A program made the position numbers and the translations under genes. Below, one piece after another: positions 28,639 to 36,882 of a DNA stretch of 64,000 nt. The notes beneath the pieces are model-generated. The model was not told where the DNA came from and ran no database searches. It worked only from the letters and a program-made list of their open reading frames with translations. The DNA comes from Candidatus Iainarchaeum sp. (GTDB lineage Archaea > Iainarchaeota > Iainarchaeia > Iainarchaeales > JACQJH01). The DNA is taken from NCBI GenBank assembly GCA_016205145.1, contig JACQJH010000001.1:195501-259500 (forward strand), given 5' to 3'. Position 1 is the stretch's first letter. The number at the start of each line of letters is the position of its first letter.

Positions 28639-29793
28639 CGCCTTTTCCAGCGCCTGCTTTAAGTCTTCAACCAAGTCGTCCGCGCTTTCCAAACCAACGG
28701 ACAAACGCACCATTGTCTCGGTTATGCCCGCTTTCCTGCGCTCGCTCTCCGGCAAAGCGCCGTGCGTCATCGCCCAAGGATATTCTATGAGGGATTCGAC
28801 CCCGCCAAGGCTCACTCCGAGAGTGAACAGATTGGTTGCAGCAAGAAACTTCTTCGCTGCAGCTGCGTTTCCTTTGAGTTCAATCGTTATTATGCCGCCA
28901 GTGCCTTTCATCTGCTTTTGCGCAAGGCCTTTCTGCGCAAAGCTTTTCAGGCCGGGATAAATGACGCGCTTCACTTTCGGATGCCTTTCAAGGAACTCCG
29001 CGATTGCCTGCGCGTTTTTTTCATGCTGCAGCATTCTCTGCTTCAAGGTCTTTATCCCGCGCAGGACAAGAAAGCAGTCCAAGGGCGAAGGCGTAGGGCC
29101 GAAGGCATTCTGCAAAAACTTCAGTTGCCTGTAAATCTTTTCGTCGTTGCATGCAATCGCGCCGCCGATGATGTCGGAATGGCCGTTGATGTACTTTGTC
29201 GTGCTGTGTATGACAATGTCGGCACCCAGGTCAAGCGGATTCTGGAAAACCGGTGACAGGAAAGTGTTGTCCACCGCCACAATCAGGCCTTTTTTGTGCG
29301 CGAGCCTTGAAATTTCCGCGATGTCAACAAGCTTCAGCAAAGGGTTTGTCGGGCTTTCAAGGTAAACCATTCCGGTGTTCGGCTTCAACGCCTTTTCAAG
29401 GCTTTCCGGTTCAGTCAGGTCCGCAAGCGAGTAATCAATGCCGAACTGCCTTTTGAATGTTTCCAGCAGCCTGAAAGTTCCGCCGTAAACATTGTCCACT
29501 GCAACAATGTGCCCGCCGCTTTTAAGCAGGCTCAGGCAGACCATTTCCGCGCCAAGGCCGGACGAGAACGCGAGGCCAAAGCGCGCGTTTTCAAGCGAGG
29601 CAACGCTTTTTTCCAGGGCATCCCTTGTCGGGTTTCCCGATCGCGAATAATCGTATCCCCGGTTTTTGTCAACCGAATCCTGTCTGAATGTTGACGACAG
29701 GTAAACTGGCGTCATGACCGCGCCGGTCAGGGGATCTGCGCCCGCTTCGTGGATCGCCCTGGTTTCGAAATCAAGCCGTTTGCCTTTAGCCAT
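28636..29793 (-). CDS. PLP-dependent cystathionine gamma-synthase / beta-lyase family enzyme (Cys/Met metabolism)
   Basis: 385 aa with the full-length Cys/Met-metabolism PLP enzyme pattern (RAIHEAGADPLTGAVMTPVYLSSTF...GNPTRDALE...SFAFSSGLGA; PLP-Lys context STTKYINGHSD). Confidence 0.9.
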   Translation of the reverse strand: MAKGKRLDFETRAIHEAGADPLTGAVMTPVYLSSTFRQDSVDKNRGYDYSRSGNPTRDALEKSVASLENARFGLAFSSGLGAEMVCLSLLKSGGHIVAVDNVYGGTFRLLETFKRQFGIDYSLADLTEPESLEKALKPNTGMVYLESPTNPLLKLVDIAEISRLAHKKGLIVAVDNTFLSPVFQNPLDLGADIVIHSTTKYINGHSDIIGGAIACNDEKIYRQLKFLQNAFGPTPSPLDCFLVLRGIKTLKQRMLQHEKNAQAIAEFLERHPKVKRVIYPGLKSFAQKGLAQKQMKGTGGIITIELKGNAAAAKKFLAATNLFTLGVSLGGVESLIEYPWAMTHGALPESERRKAGITETMVRLSVGLESADDLVEDLKQALEKA

Positions 29794-29840
29794 GGTACCA
29801 AAACCTTGTCGCTTGTTATTTAAAAAATACGCCCGACAGT

Positions 29841-30437
29841 TTAAACGTCGATTTTCTGCCTGCTTTCCATGCTTAGCAGCAGGGCTGCGCCCCTCAGCAG
29901 CAGAACAAGCAGTATGAACGCCATCGCGATCTGCCCGGTCAGCCTTGACAGGAAAACCCCGTTTTCGAGCAGGAGGATGTGCAGCAAAAGCATTGCCATT
30001 GCGACATAGCCGGTTCTCTGCAGGTTTTTCCAGTTTTCATAGCCGAGCTTTTGCACCCACTCCGCAGTCGACGTGAACGCCATGAGCGTGAAAATCATGA
30101 ACGCTATCGCCGCGACCGCCAGTGACATCACGTCCGCAAAAGAAATTTCCCGCCTTTCGGAAAGCAGGACAATGGCCGCCAATGCGACGTGCAATGCCGC
30201 AAGCGAAAAACCCCACAACCCGAACGCCTTCCTGTGCACGAGAAAGCGGTCAAAGAATTTGACGAAGCGCGCGAGCGGGCCCAAAAAGAATGCCAAGCCG
30301 AGGATGATCACTGCGGAGAACGCAACAATGGCATTCGCAAAGCCGATGCTTAAAGGCATCGCCCTGAAAACAAGATAGTACCACGCGAACGTCCCGATCA
30401 CAAGCAGGGAAACGATGTGCGGCAATTTCCTGTCCAT
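29841..30437 (-). CDS. Hypothetical polytopic membrane protein
   Basis: 198 aa with about 6 TM helices. No catalytic motif recognised. Confidence 0.5.
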   Translation of the reverse strand: MDRKLPHIVSLLVIGTFAWYYLVFRAMPLSIGFANAIVAFSAVIILGLAFFLGPLARFVKFFDRFLVHRKAFGLWGFSLAALHVALAAIVLLSERREISFADVMSLAVAAIAFMIFTLMAFTSTAEWVQKLGYENWKNLQRTGYVAMAMLLLHILLLENGVFLSRLTGQIAMAFILLVLLLRGAALLLSMESRQKIDV

Positions 30438-30509
30438 GCACTACAACAACGACTTTCCGCTTTAAAAATTTTTCCGGCCTCCATCTTAGCGCTTGGCTTT
30501 GGTGGCTTG

Positions 30510-31130
30510 ATGCGCGCTTTCGGCTTTGACAAAAAAGAACTGGCGGTTTTCAGGCGCCTTGACTCCGCGCAAAAAATCCAGGACTTTCTGGACAAAAAAC
30601 TTTCGTACAACCTTGAGGAAAAAGGCGAAACCTGCTATTCGCCGAGGCTTGTCCTCCGGCACAGAAAGGCGCACTGTTTCGAAGGCGCTGCCTTCGCTGC
30701 CGCGGCCCTGGCCGTGCACGGCCACCCGCCCCTGCTAATGGACTTCCGGGCAGTGAGGGACGAGGACCATGTCGTTGCCGTCTACAAAATCAACGGCTTG
30801 TGGGGTGCGATCGGCCAGTCCAAGTTTTCCGGCCTCAAATACCGCGACCCCGTTTTTGCAAGCGTGCGCGAACTCGCAATGTCCTATTTCGACCATTACT
30901 TCAATTTGCGCGGCGAAAAGACCTTGCGCGAGTTCTCCGCGCCCGTCAACCTTTTCCGGTTCGGAAAGGCCTGGCTTGTTTCCGAACGGCCAATTGGCTT
31001 CCTTCCAGACGGAGTTGAAAAGGCAAGGCACTTCAAAATCCTGCCTTCCGCGGAACAGGAAAAGCTGCTGAAAAGCGCTTCAAGGCAGCGCATCAAGGCG
31101 GAACAGGCAGTGGTCAAACAAAAGAAATGA
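30510..31130 (+). CDS. Transglutaminase-like superfamily protein (putative Cys-His-Asp peptidase/amidase)
   Basis: Candidate catalytic triad context (RKAHCFEGAAFAAAAL ... HGHPPLLMDF ... DHVVAV). Start is the internal ATG, because the track start at 30417 overlaps the divergent membrane gene. Confidence 0.5.
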   Translation: MRAFGFDKKELAVFRRLDSAQKIQDFLDKKLSYNLEEKGETCYSPRLVLRHRKAHCFEGAAFAAAALAVHGHPPLLMDFRAVRDEDHVVAVYKINGLWGAIGQSKFSGLKYRDPVFASVRELAMSYFDHYFNLRGEKTLREFSAPVNLFRFGKAWLVSERPIGFLPDGVEKARHFKILPSAEQEKLLKSASRQRIKAEQAVVKQKK

Positions 31131-31256
31131 CCAAACAGCTTTTTCTCCGGCCTTGCGGCTGGGATTTGAAAAATAAAACAAAAAATAGAACAAAAAAAAC
31201 TTTTTGGGAAAAAATGCTTTTCCCAAACTGAAACCTTTAAACAGCCAATTTTTCAA

Positions 31257-31415
31257 TCAGTTGTTGTCGGATTTTCTTTTCTGATAGCAGTCCCTGCAGT
31301 AAACGGGCCTTTTGCCATCAGGCTTGAATGGAACCTTTGTTTCAGCTCCGCAGTCAGCGCATACCGCATCGTATAGCTGCCTTGGGCCGCCAAAGTCCCT
31401 GTTGCCGTAAGCCAT
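31257..31415 (-). CDS. Small zinc-ribbon protein (CxxC...CxxC), 52 aa
   Basis: My own translation gives MAYGNRDFGGPRQLYDAVCADCGAETKVPFKPDGKRPVYCRDCYQKRKSDNN. It is below the track length cutoff. The overlapping 72-aa track ORF 31253..31471 is in another frame and lacks any motif. Confidence 0.5.
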   Translation of the reverse strand: MAYGNRDFGGPRQLYDAVCADCGAETKVPFKPDGKRPVYCRDCYQKRKSDNN

Positions 31416-31490
31416 TTGTTTTTTTCACCTTTTTTTCTTTTAGTTTTGCGCGCAAACTCTCGCCTGCGCACACATTCTTTTTCACACGCT

Positions 31491-31504
31491 AAACCTTAAA
31501 AGCC
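31491..31504 (+). promoter_or_regulatory. BRE/TATA-like motif AAACCTTAAAAGCC (first copy)
   Basis: A- and T-rich octamer preceded by a purine-rich BRE-like AAACC. The same motif repeats 60 nt downstream. Confidence 0.4.
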
Positions 31505-31553
31505 CGCAGGTTTGCCTTTTTTTTGCCTTTTTTTCCCGGTTTTTTGCCCGCCT

Positions 31554-31569
31554 GAAACCTTTAAAAGCC
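31554..31569 (+). promoter_or_regulatory. BRE/TATA-like motif GAAACCTTTAAAAGCC (second copy) upstream of the DEAD-box helicase gene
   Basis: Lies about 150 nt upstream of the TTG start at 31717. If the first copy is also active, there are tandem promoters, or a short ncRNA or long leader. Confidence 0.4.
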
Positions 31570-31716
31570 TTTGTTGGCAGAACCTTCTACAGAGATTAAA
31601 GGAATAAGAACCCTATTTTTTTCTTAACTGAAAAACTTCGCTGCCCGGGCGGTTTCCGCTTTTGCAGGATAGTGTTTTTTTTGCCTTTTTCTTCTAAAAC
31701 CAAGGAGAGGTACACA

Positions 31717-32823
31717 TTGAAATTTGAAGAATTAAACATCAGCGACAGCCTGAAAAAGGCCATCAAAAGCAAGGGCTTTGAAAAGCCATCCGAAGTGCAG
31801 GAACAGGTAATTCCGGCAGCGCTTTCGGGAAAAGATTTGGTCGGAAAATCGAAAACCGGCACCGGCAAGACAGCCGCCTTCGCAATCCCATTGATTGAAA
31901 TGGTTCAGCAGGGCAAGCCGTTTTCCGCGCTCGTGGTTGTTCCGACAAGGGAGCTTTGCGTGCAGGTGAAAGACGAAATCGCTTCCATTGCCCAGGGCAG
32001 CCGCATCAACACTTTTGCGGTTTTCGGCGGGCAAAGCATTTCAGGCCAGGCAACTGGTTTGAGGAGAAAGCCGGAAATAATCGTCGGCACCCCCGGCAGA
32101 TTGCTTGACTTGCTGTCAAGGCGCATGCTCTCGTTTTCGCAGGCACAATTCCTGGTGCTGGACGAAGCCGACAAAATGTTCGACATGGGTTTCAGGTTCG
32201 ACATCGAGCGCATAGTCTCGTATTTCCCGAAATACAGGCAGACAATGCTGTTCTCGGCAACAATGCCGAAGGAAATCCTTGCGCTAGTGGAAAAGCACAT
32301 GAAGCATGACAAAATTGTTTTCGATTTGAGCGAGGACAACGCGCCCGTCGAATCGATTGAGCAGTTTTACGTCAAGGTCAGCCAGAAACAGAAGGTTGAC
32401 ACGCTGTGCAGCATTCTTGCAAAGGAAAAGGACTCGAAAAACCTTGTTTTCTGCAGGACAAAGCGCACGGTCGACTGGCTTGAAAAACTGCTTGCAAGGC
32501 ACGGAATCAGGGTTTTCGCGATTCACGGCGACAGGCAGCAGAATTCGAGAAAGCGCACGATCGACGAGTTCACGCGCTCCGAAAAAGGAATACTGCTTGC
32601 AACTGACATTGTCGCGCGCGGCATACACGTTGACGACATCGACAACGTCATAAACTTTGACTTGCCGACCGAAGCCGAAACCTACATCCACAGGATTGGC
32701 AGGACTGCAAGGCAGGGCAAGAAAGGCAGGGCAATAAGCTTTTGCACGAACCCGATGGACGTGCATGACCTGTCACAGGTTGCTGCTTACAACAACAGCC
32801 ACATCGCGGAATGGCGCTTCTGA
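31717..32823 (+). CDS. DEAD-box ATP-dependent RNA helicase
   Basis: Q-motif, Walker A (GKSKTGTGKT), PTRELC, DEAD (VLDEAD), SAT, HRIGRTAR. The probable start is the TTG at 31717, preceded by AGGAGAGGT. The track begins at the ATG at 31672. Confidence 0.9.
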   Translation: MKFEELNISDSLKKAIKSKGFEKPSEVQEQVIPAALSGKDLVGKSKTGTGKTAAFAIPLIEMVQQGKPFSALVVVPTRELCVQVKDEIASIAQGSRINTFAVFGGQSISGQATGLRRKPEIIVGTPGRLLDLLSRRMLSFSQAQFLVLDEADKMFDMGFRFDIERIVSYFPKYRQTMLFSATMPKEILALVEKHMKHDKIVFDLSEDNAPVESIEQFYVKVSQKQKVDTLCSILAKEKDSKNLVFCRTKRTVDWLEKLLARHGIRVFAIHGDRQQNSRKRTIDEFTRSEKGILLATDIVARGIHVDDIDNVINFDLPTEAETYIHRIGRTARQGKKGRAISFCTNPMDVHDLSQVAAYNNSHIAEWRF

Positions 32824-32865
32824 AAAAAGCGCCTCATTTCCTTCTTTTCTTTTTCTTTGCTTTTT

Positions 32866-33816
32866 TTAATTTGCGCTTGGCTTAAGGCTTTTTTTTGCGG
32901 CTTTTTTGCCTGGAAGCAGGCATTCTTTGTACTGGTTTATGTATGCTTTGTAGAGGTATTTGACGAACGGGCTTTCCTTTTTTTTCGCGTCGACTTCCCT
33001 CAGCATCAGGTAATACAGCATTTTTTCGGAGTTGAAAATGTTCAGCAAAGGATAATTGTTTTTGAACAGCAGATGGTTCATCGCCAGCCTTGAAATCCTG
33101 CCGTTCCCGTCCATGAACGGGTGGATTCTCACGATTTTCAAATGGGCCAATGCAGCGGTTTCAAAGGGGTGCAGGGTTTGTCCGGCCTGCTTAATCCATG
33201 AGAAAAATTTGTCCAGTTCCGGCTGGACCTGTTCCGGTTTCGGCGGCAGATAGTTTCCGACAATGTTCTGCCTCGTCCTGATTCTGCCTGCTTCGGGATG
33301 GATGCCATTCATTTCGATTGCATGGAGTTTAAGCAACAGGCTTTGGTCGAATTTGCCGTTGTAACCAAACAGGAAATCAATGCATTCTTTCATGTTTTCG
33401 ACTTCCCGGACGTCGCGCTTCGCATGCCTTGCCACAGGCTTCCCTTCAAGGATATTTTTCGTTTCCTCATAGCTCAGGGAATTGCCCTCGATTGCGTTGG
33501 TGTTGTAAATGAAGCTTATTATCTGCTCTTTTTCGGTTTTCCACAGGCCTTTGCCTATTTTGCGGGTTTTCAGGTAATTTTCCCTGAGCAGGTCGATTAT
33601 TTTCATCTGCTTCAGCGTCAAAATCCTCCCGATCGGCTGGGCAAGTTCAAGCTCCTTTTCGGCCTGGGCAAGGTTCGACAGGTCGGTTCCGACATATTTG
33701 CTTATTTTTTTCCACTTGTTTTTGGAGACACGGATGTTTTTCATCAGGTAAAAATACCCGCGGCCGCCGATTTTCTTTTTCTCGATATATGGCATGGTAA
33801 AAATTAGGGGGCACAA
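32866..33816 (-). CDS. Fic/DOC family protein (putative AMPylator)
   Basis: Canonical Fic motif HPFMDGNGRISRLAMNHLL in a 316-aa protein. Confidence 0.85.
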   Translation of the reverse strand: MCPLIFTMPYIEKKKIGGRGYFYLMKNIRVSKNKWKKISKYVGTDLSNLAQAEKELELAQPIGRILTLKQMKIIDLLRENYLKTRKIGKGLWKTEKEQIISFIYNTNAIEGNSLSYEETKNILEGKPVARHAKRDVREVENMKECIDFLFGYNGKFDQSLLLKLHAIEMNGIHPEAGRIRTRQNIVGNYLPPKPEQVQPELDKFFSWIKQAGQTLHPFETAALAHLKIVRIHPFMDGNGRISRLAMNHLLFKNNYPLLNIFNSEKMLYYLMLREVDAKKKESPFVKYLYKAYINQYKECLLPGKKAAKKSLKPSAN

Positions 33817-34140
33817 AATTTAAAAGCATATATTAGGGGGCACAATTTAAAAATTGTGTAATAATTCCCTCCTCCCTGATTTGCACAGGGGATCTCACCG
33901 TTGCCGCTTTTTTCGCGGCGCAACAGCGTTCTTTCGAACCTGCTGCCCAGCCATTCAAGGCAGTGCACAAGAGCGTGCACGAAAATCTACAGCGGTGCGT
34001 GTTAGCTACTACACCAAGGAGGGCTCGGCATGCTGCCGAGCGTGCAGCCTTGTGGTATCGCTGACGCGATACCACGCGTGCCCGCCCAAAACAGTTCCTG
34101 CCGGCTAATTATTTGTTTCACTCAATCGTTTTAAATGTTT

Positions 34141-35016
34141 TCAGGCGAGTTTTTCCGCCAAAACCGGCTGAATCAGGGAAATCCACAGGCCCGCAATGAA
34201 GAATGCTGCGGCTTTCAGGTAATAGTCTGTTATCACAAACTGGCCCGCGCCGAGCAGTGCGCCTAAAACAATGAGGCCAATAACGCTTTTGGGCACAAAA
34301 GCTTTGGCGGATTGCGTTTTTCCAAGCTCTTTCCATGCAAAGAAGCCCGCGTAAAAGCCGAGAAACGTTGTTCCCAAGGAAACGGTTTCCGAATCGCCGA
34401 GGACAATGATTGCTATTACCGCCAGAACGACCGCCGCAACAAGGCCCAATTCTTCTTCTGGCTTCGTCAGCCTGAAACCGTGTTTGAGCCACTGTTTCCT
34501 GCTCCAGGCATTGATTGTGCCAATGCAGAGGCCGAGGATAATGCCGCCCAGGACATCTGTCAGGAAATGCACGCCAAGATACATTCTTGAAACTGCCACG
34601 GCTATAACCGCGAATGCCAGGAGAAGTTTTTTCTGCCTGTCAAGGAAGCCGCGCGTGTAAGCGAAAACCGATGCAATGGTTGTGGCGTGCCCGCTTGGAA
34701 AAGACGCGGTATTGTAAGTGTCCTGCGCCACCACGCGGAAAACGCCCTGGTCCGGCCTCGGCCTTGCAACAAAAATTTTTATTATGCCTGCTGCAAGCGC
34801 GGCAAACATGACCGCATTCATCAGGAAGAACGCGTGGTTTTCCTTTCCCTTCCAGTAAACCAATGCGGCAACCATTATCCAGACAACCGGGTGGCCGAGA
34901 AGAGTGATGCCTTTCATTGCAATGTCAAGCAATCCCGAGGAAAAAGTTGCCTGCAGTGCGTGCAGGAACCACTCGTCAAAAGCCTGGATTGCAGCGGGAA
35001 AAAGCACGTTCATCAA
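34141..35016 (-). CDS. PAP2-family (phosphatidic acid phosphatase type 2) membrane phosphatase
   Basis: PAP2 signature blocks (KIFVARPRP ... PSGH ... SRMYLGVHFLTDVLGG) on a 6-TM core, plus a C-terminal TM extension. Confidence 0.75.
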   Translation of the reverse strand: MMNVLFPAAIQAFDEWFLHALQATFSSGLLDIAMKGITLLGHPVVWIMVAALVYWKGKENHAFFLMNAVMFAALAAGIIKIFVARPRPDQGVFRVVAQDTYNTASFPSGHATTIASVFAYTRGFLDRQKKLLLAFAVIAVAVSRMYLGVHFLTDVLGGIILGLCIGTINAWSRKQWLKHGFRLTKPEEELGLVAAVVLAVIAIIVLGDSETVSLGTTFLGFYAGFFAWKELGKTQSAKAFVPKSVIGLIVLGALLGAGQFVITDYYLKAAAFFIAGLWISLIQPVLAEKLA

Positions 35017-35042
35017 ACCAAAAACATTTCAGCTTTCCGCCT

Positions 35043-35483
35043 TTAAACCTTTGTTTTCATTACGCGTTTCATGCCGGGAATTTCCACGCTTGAATAGTCG
35101 ACGCTCAGTCCTGCTTTTCCAAGCGCTTTTTTGAGCGCGTAAACCTTGCAAAACCCCGCCAACTCTTTCTGCTCGTTTTTCTGCAGGCTTTCGACTGCGG
35201 TTATCTCGTTTATCACGCCGTTGACTTTTCCGGAGGACGCTGCCTTCAGGATTTCCGCGATTTCGGCTTCCGATTTTCCGGCCGGCAGTTCGGCCAGCAT
35301 TGCGTCAAGCTTTTTCAAATCCACAAGCTTTCCGAGGTTCTGCTCCACTTTCTTGTCCACGCTTATCGTCAGGCTTGCCAGGAATTCCATTACCGTGCGC
35401 GGGTCGGTTTTCTCCTCTATCTTGAGTTTCTTGATTGCGACCCAGTCATCGTAGTTTGCGATTAATTGAATGCTCTTGTCCAC
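35043..35483 (-). CDS. Hypothetical soluble protein
   Basis: 146-aa ORF with a coiled-coil-like pattern and no motif. Confidence 0.4.
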   Translation of the reverse strand: MDKSIQLIANYDDWVAIKKLKIEEKTDPRTVMEFLASLTISVDKKVEQNLGKLVDLKKLDAMLAELPAGKSEAEIAEILKAASSGKVNGVINEITAVESLQKNEQKELAGFCKVYALKKALGKAGLSVDYSSVEIPGMKRVMKTKV

Positions 35484-35529
35484 GCTCTCACCTTGTAAAA
35501 ATAAGTTTCTGGTGGTTAAAAATCCACAT

Positions 35530-35660
35530 GCTTACTCGGCGTTTCACAACGCAGGGGCCTTTGCCCCTTGCAAACCCCCGAAATATTTGTTGTGTCCTAC
35601 TCGGCGTGTCGCATCAGCGGCACGCCTTGGTTTCGGACCCGGCGGACGAAACCGCCGAGA
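35530..35660 (-). repeat. tRNA-Lys 3' trailer: modular GC-rich hairpin cassette (H1-H2-spacer-H3-TGCG-H4)
   Basis: Reads on the minus strand directly after the discriminator: H1 CGGCGGTTTCGTCCGCCG; H2 TCCGAAACCAAGGCGTG...CACGCCGAGTAGG; spacer ACAACAAATATTTCGGGGG; H3 GGGGCAAAGGCCCC; then TGCG and a half-H4 ending GCCGAGTAAGC. Confidence 0.8.
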
Positions 35661-35734
35661 CGAGCCCGGAGGGATTTGAACCCTCGACACGCGGATTAAG
35701 AGTCCGCTGCTCTACCAGGCTGAGCTACGGGCCC
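35661..35734 (-). tRNA. tRNA-Lys(CTT)
   Basis: Minus strand GGGCCCGTAGCTCAGCCTGGTAGAGCAGCGGACTCTTAATCCGCGTGTCGAGGGTTCAAATCCCTCCGGGCTCG folds into a perfect cloverleaf with anticodon loop CTCTTAA. Confidence 0.9.
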
Positions 35735-35912
35735 AATTAGGGCGGTTAAATTTCGCTGGTCATTAAACTTGTTATTAATTCACTTATGCCCACTGATTTT
35801 AAACTTTTGTCAATGGGCTATTGGTCTTTTGGGGTTCGTGTTGGGCATGTGCGGTATCGGCGGTAGCGAAGATACCACAAACAGCACTGGCTTTTGCGTG
35901 ATGGCTTGCCCG

Positions 35913-36084
35913 GCGTATTGCGATACGCAATACGCCTTGGTTCCGCACGCAGGGGGCTCTGCCCCCTCGCACGCCCCCGAAACATTTACTACGATCACTC
36001 GGCGTATTGCGATTAGCAATACGCCTTTGTTCGCACCAGCCGGGCGTTCGGCTATGCCCACTGATTTTAAACTTTGCAGTGCCA
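35913..36084 (-). repeat. tRNA-Thr(TGT) 3' trailer: full hairpin cassette, same architecture
   Basis: H1 AGCCGAACGCCCGGCT; H2 TGCGAACAAAGGCGTATTGCTAATCGCAATACGCCGAGTG; spacer GTAGTAAATGTTTCGGGGGC; H3 GGGGGCAGAGCCCCC; TGCG; H4 TGCGGAACCAAGGCGTATTGCGTATCGCAATACGCCGGGCAAGCC. A 25-nt block (CCCACTGATTTTAAACTTT) is shared with the region upstream of tRNA-Lys, so the two tRNA-plus-trailer units look like a tandem duplication. Confidence 0.8.
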
Positions 36085-36158
36085 AGCCTTGGGAGGGATT
36101 TGAACCCTCGACCAGCAGTTTACAAAACTGCGGCTCTACCAGGCTGAGCTACCAAGGC
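36085..36158 (-). tRNA. tRNA-Thr(TGT)
   Basis: Minus strand GCCTTGGTAGCTCAGCCTGGTAGAGCCGCAGTTTTGTAAACTGCTGGTCGAGGGTTCAAATCCCTCCCAAGGCT forms a cloverleaf with anticodon loop TTTGTAA. Confidence 0.9.
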
Positions 36159-36183
36159 GGCTGTAGAATTGTTGTTTGGGCAA

Positions 36184-36194
36184 TTTATTAAAAG
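36184..36194 (-). promoter_or_regulatory. TATA-box-like element upstream of tRNA-Thr(TGT)
   Basis: CTTTTAATAAATTG on the minus strand, centred about 30 nt upstream of the tRNA 5' end. Confidence 0.5.
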
Positions 36195-36241
36195 ATTGTC
36201 GGGGTTGCCCTAGCGCATTTTGTTTGCTTGTTTTGGCCGTT

Positions 36242-36790
36242 TCAGAATGACAGTTTTTCGCGCTTTCTTTTTTCGCCTATCAGGCCGAAAATGAGTTCCT
36301 GCGTTCCTTCCGGGTCGGGAACCGCAAGCAATGAGCCTTCGGCGCCGAACCTGTTGTTGTATGTTATCTGGCCGGCAAGGCTTTGGATGTGCACGCTTCC
36401 GAAGCCGAAAATGCTTTCTGCAAAGGAGCGCGAGATTATGGCGTCTGAAATCCTTTCAAGCGGAATGGAGTTTACCTTGTAGCCTATGAAGCCGCTTTTC
36501 TGGATTATTCTCTTATTGGTTATCCAATAGTGCTGCTTGTTGTAGCGCCAGAATGCTCCAAGCAACGGTATGAGGATAATGCCAACAAAGCCCAGGGAGA
36601 AAACCGTCCACAGCAGTCCGCCGGGCGAGCCCGAAAAAATGCCTCCGAATATAAGCGGAGTGAAGAAAATTCCTATTAAGAGGAACAGGATTATTCCTGG
36701 CACGAGCCAATACCAGAGCAGGCCGCCCACAGGCTTGATTTCCTTGATTATTTTTTCGCCTTCCTGCAAATTGAACGGCCGGTTTTCCAT
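36242..36790 (-). CDS. Bacterial-type PH-domain (bPH_2/YdbS-like) membrane protein
   Basis: N-terminal PH-like segment (EGEKIIKEIKPVGGLLWYWLV), two TM helices, then the YdbS-like C-terminal region. Confidence 0.65.
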   Translation of the reverse strand: MENRPFNLQEGEKIIKEIKPVGGLLWYWLVPGIILFLLIGIFFTPLIFGGIFSGSPGGLLWTVFSLGFVGIILIPLLGAFWRYNKQHYWITNKRIIQKSGFIGYKVNSIPLERISDAIISRSFAESIFGFGSVHIQSLAGQITYNNRFGAEGSLLAVPDPEGTQELIFGLIGEKRKREKLSF

Positions 36791-36882
36791 AATTTAATTT
36801 ACTGCTTGTTTTGGTTTAAAAGGTGTCGTTTTTCGGCTTTGGCGTTGTTTTTTCTTTTTTTCCACACACGTAAAATATCATT

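Noticed and set aside
31253-31471. 72-aa minus-strand ORF (MRRREFARKTKRKKGEKNKW...)
   Set aside because: It lies in a different frame from the 52-aa zinc-ribbon ORF covering the same DNA, is basic and low-complexity, and has no motif. The zinc-ribbon frame is preferred.
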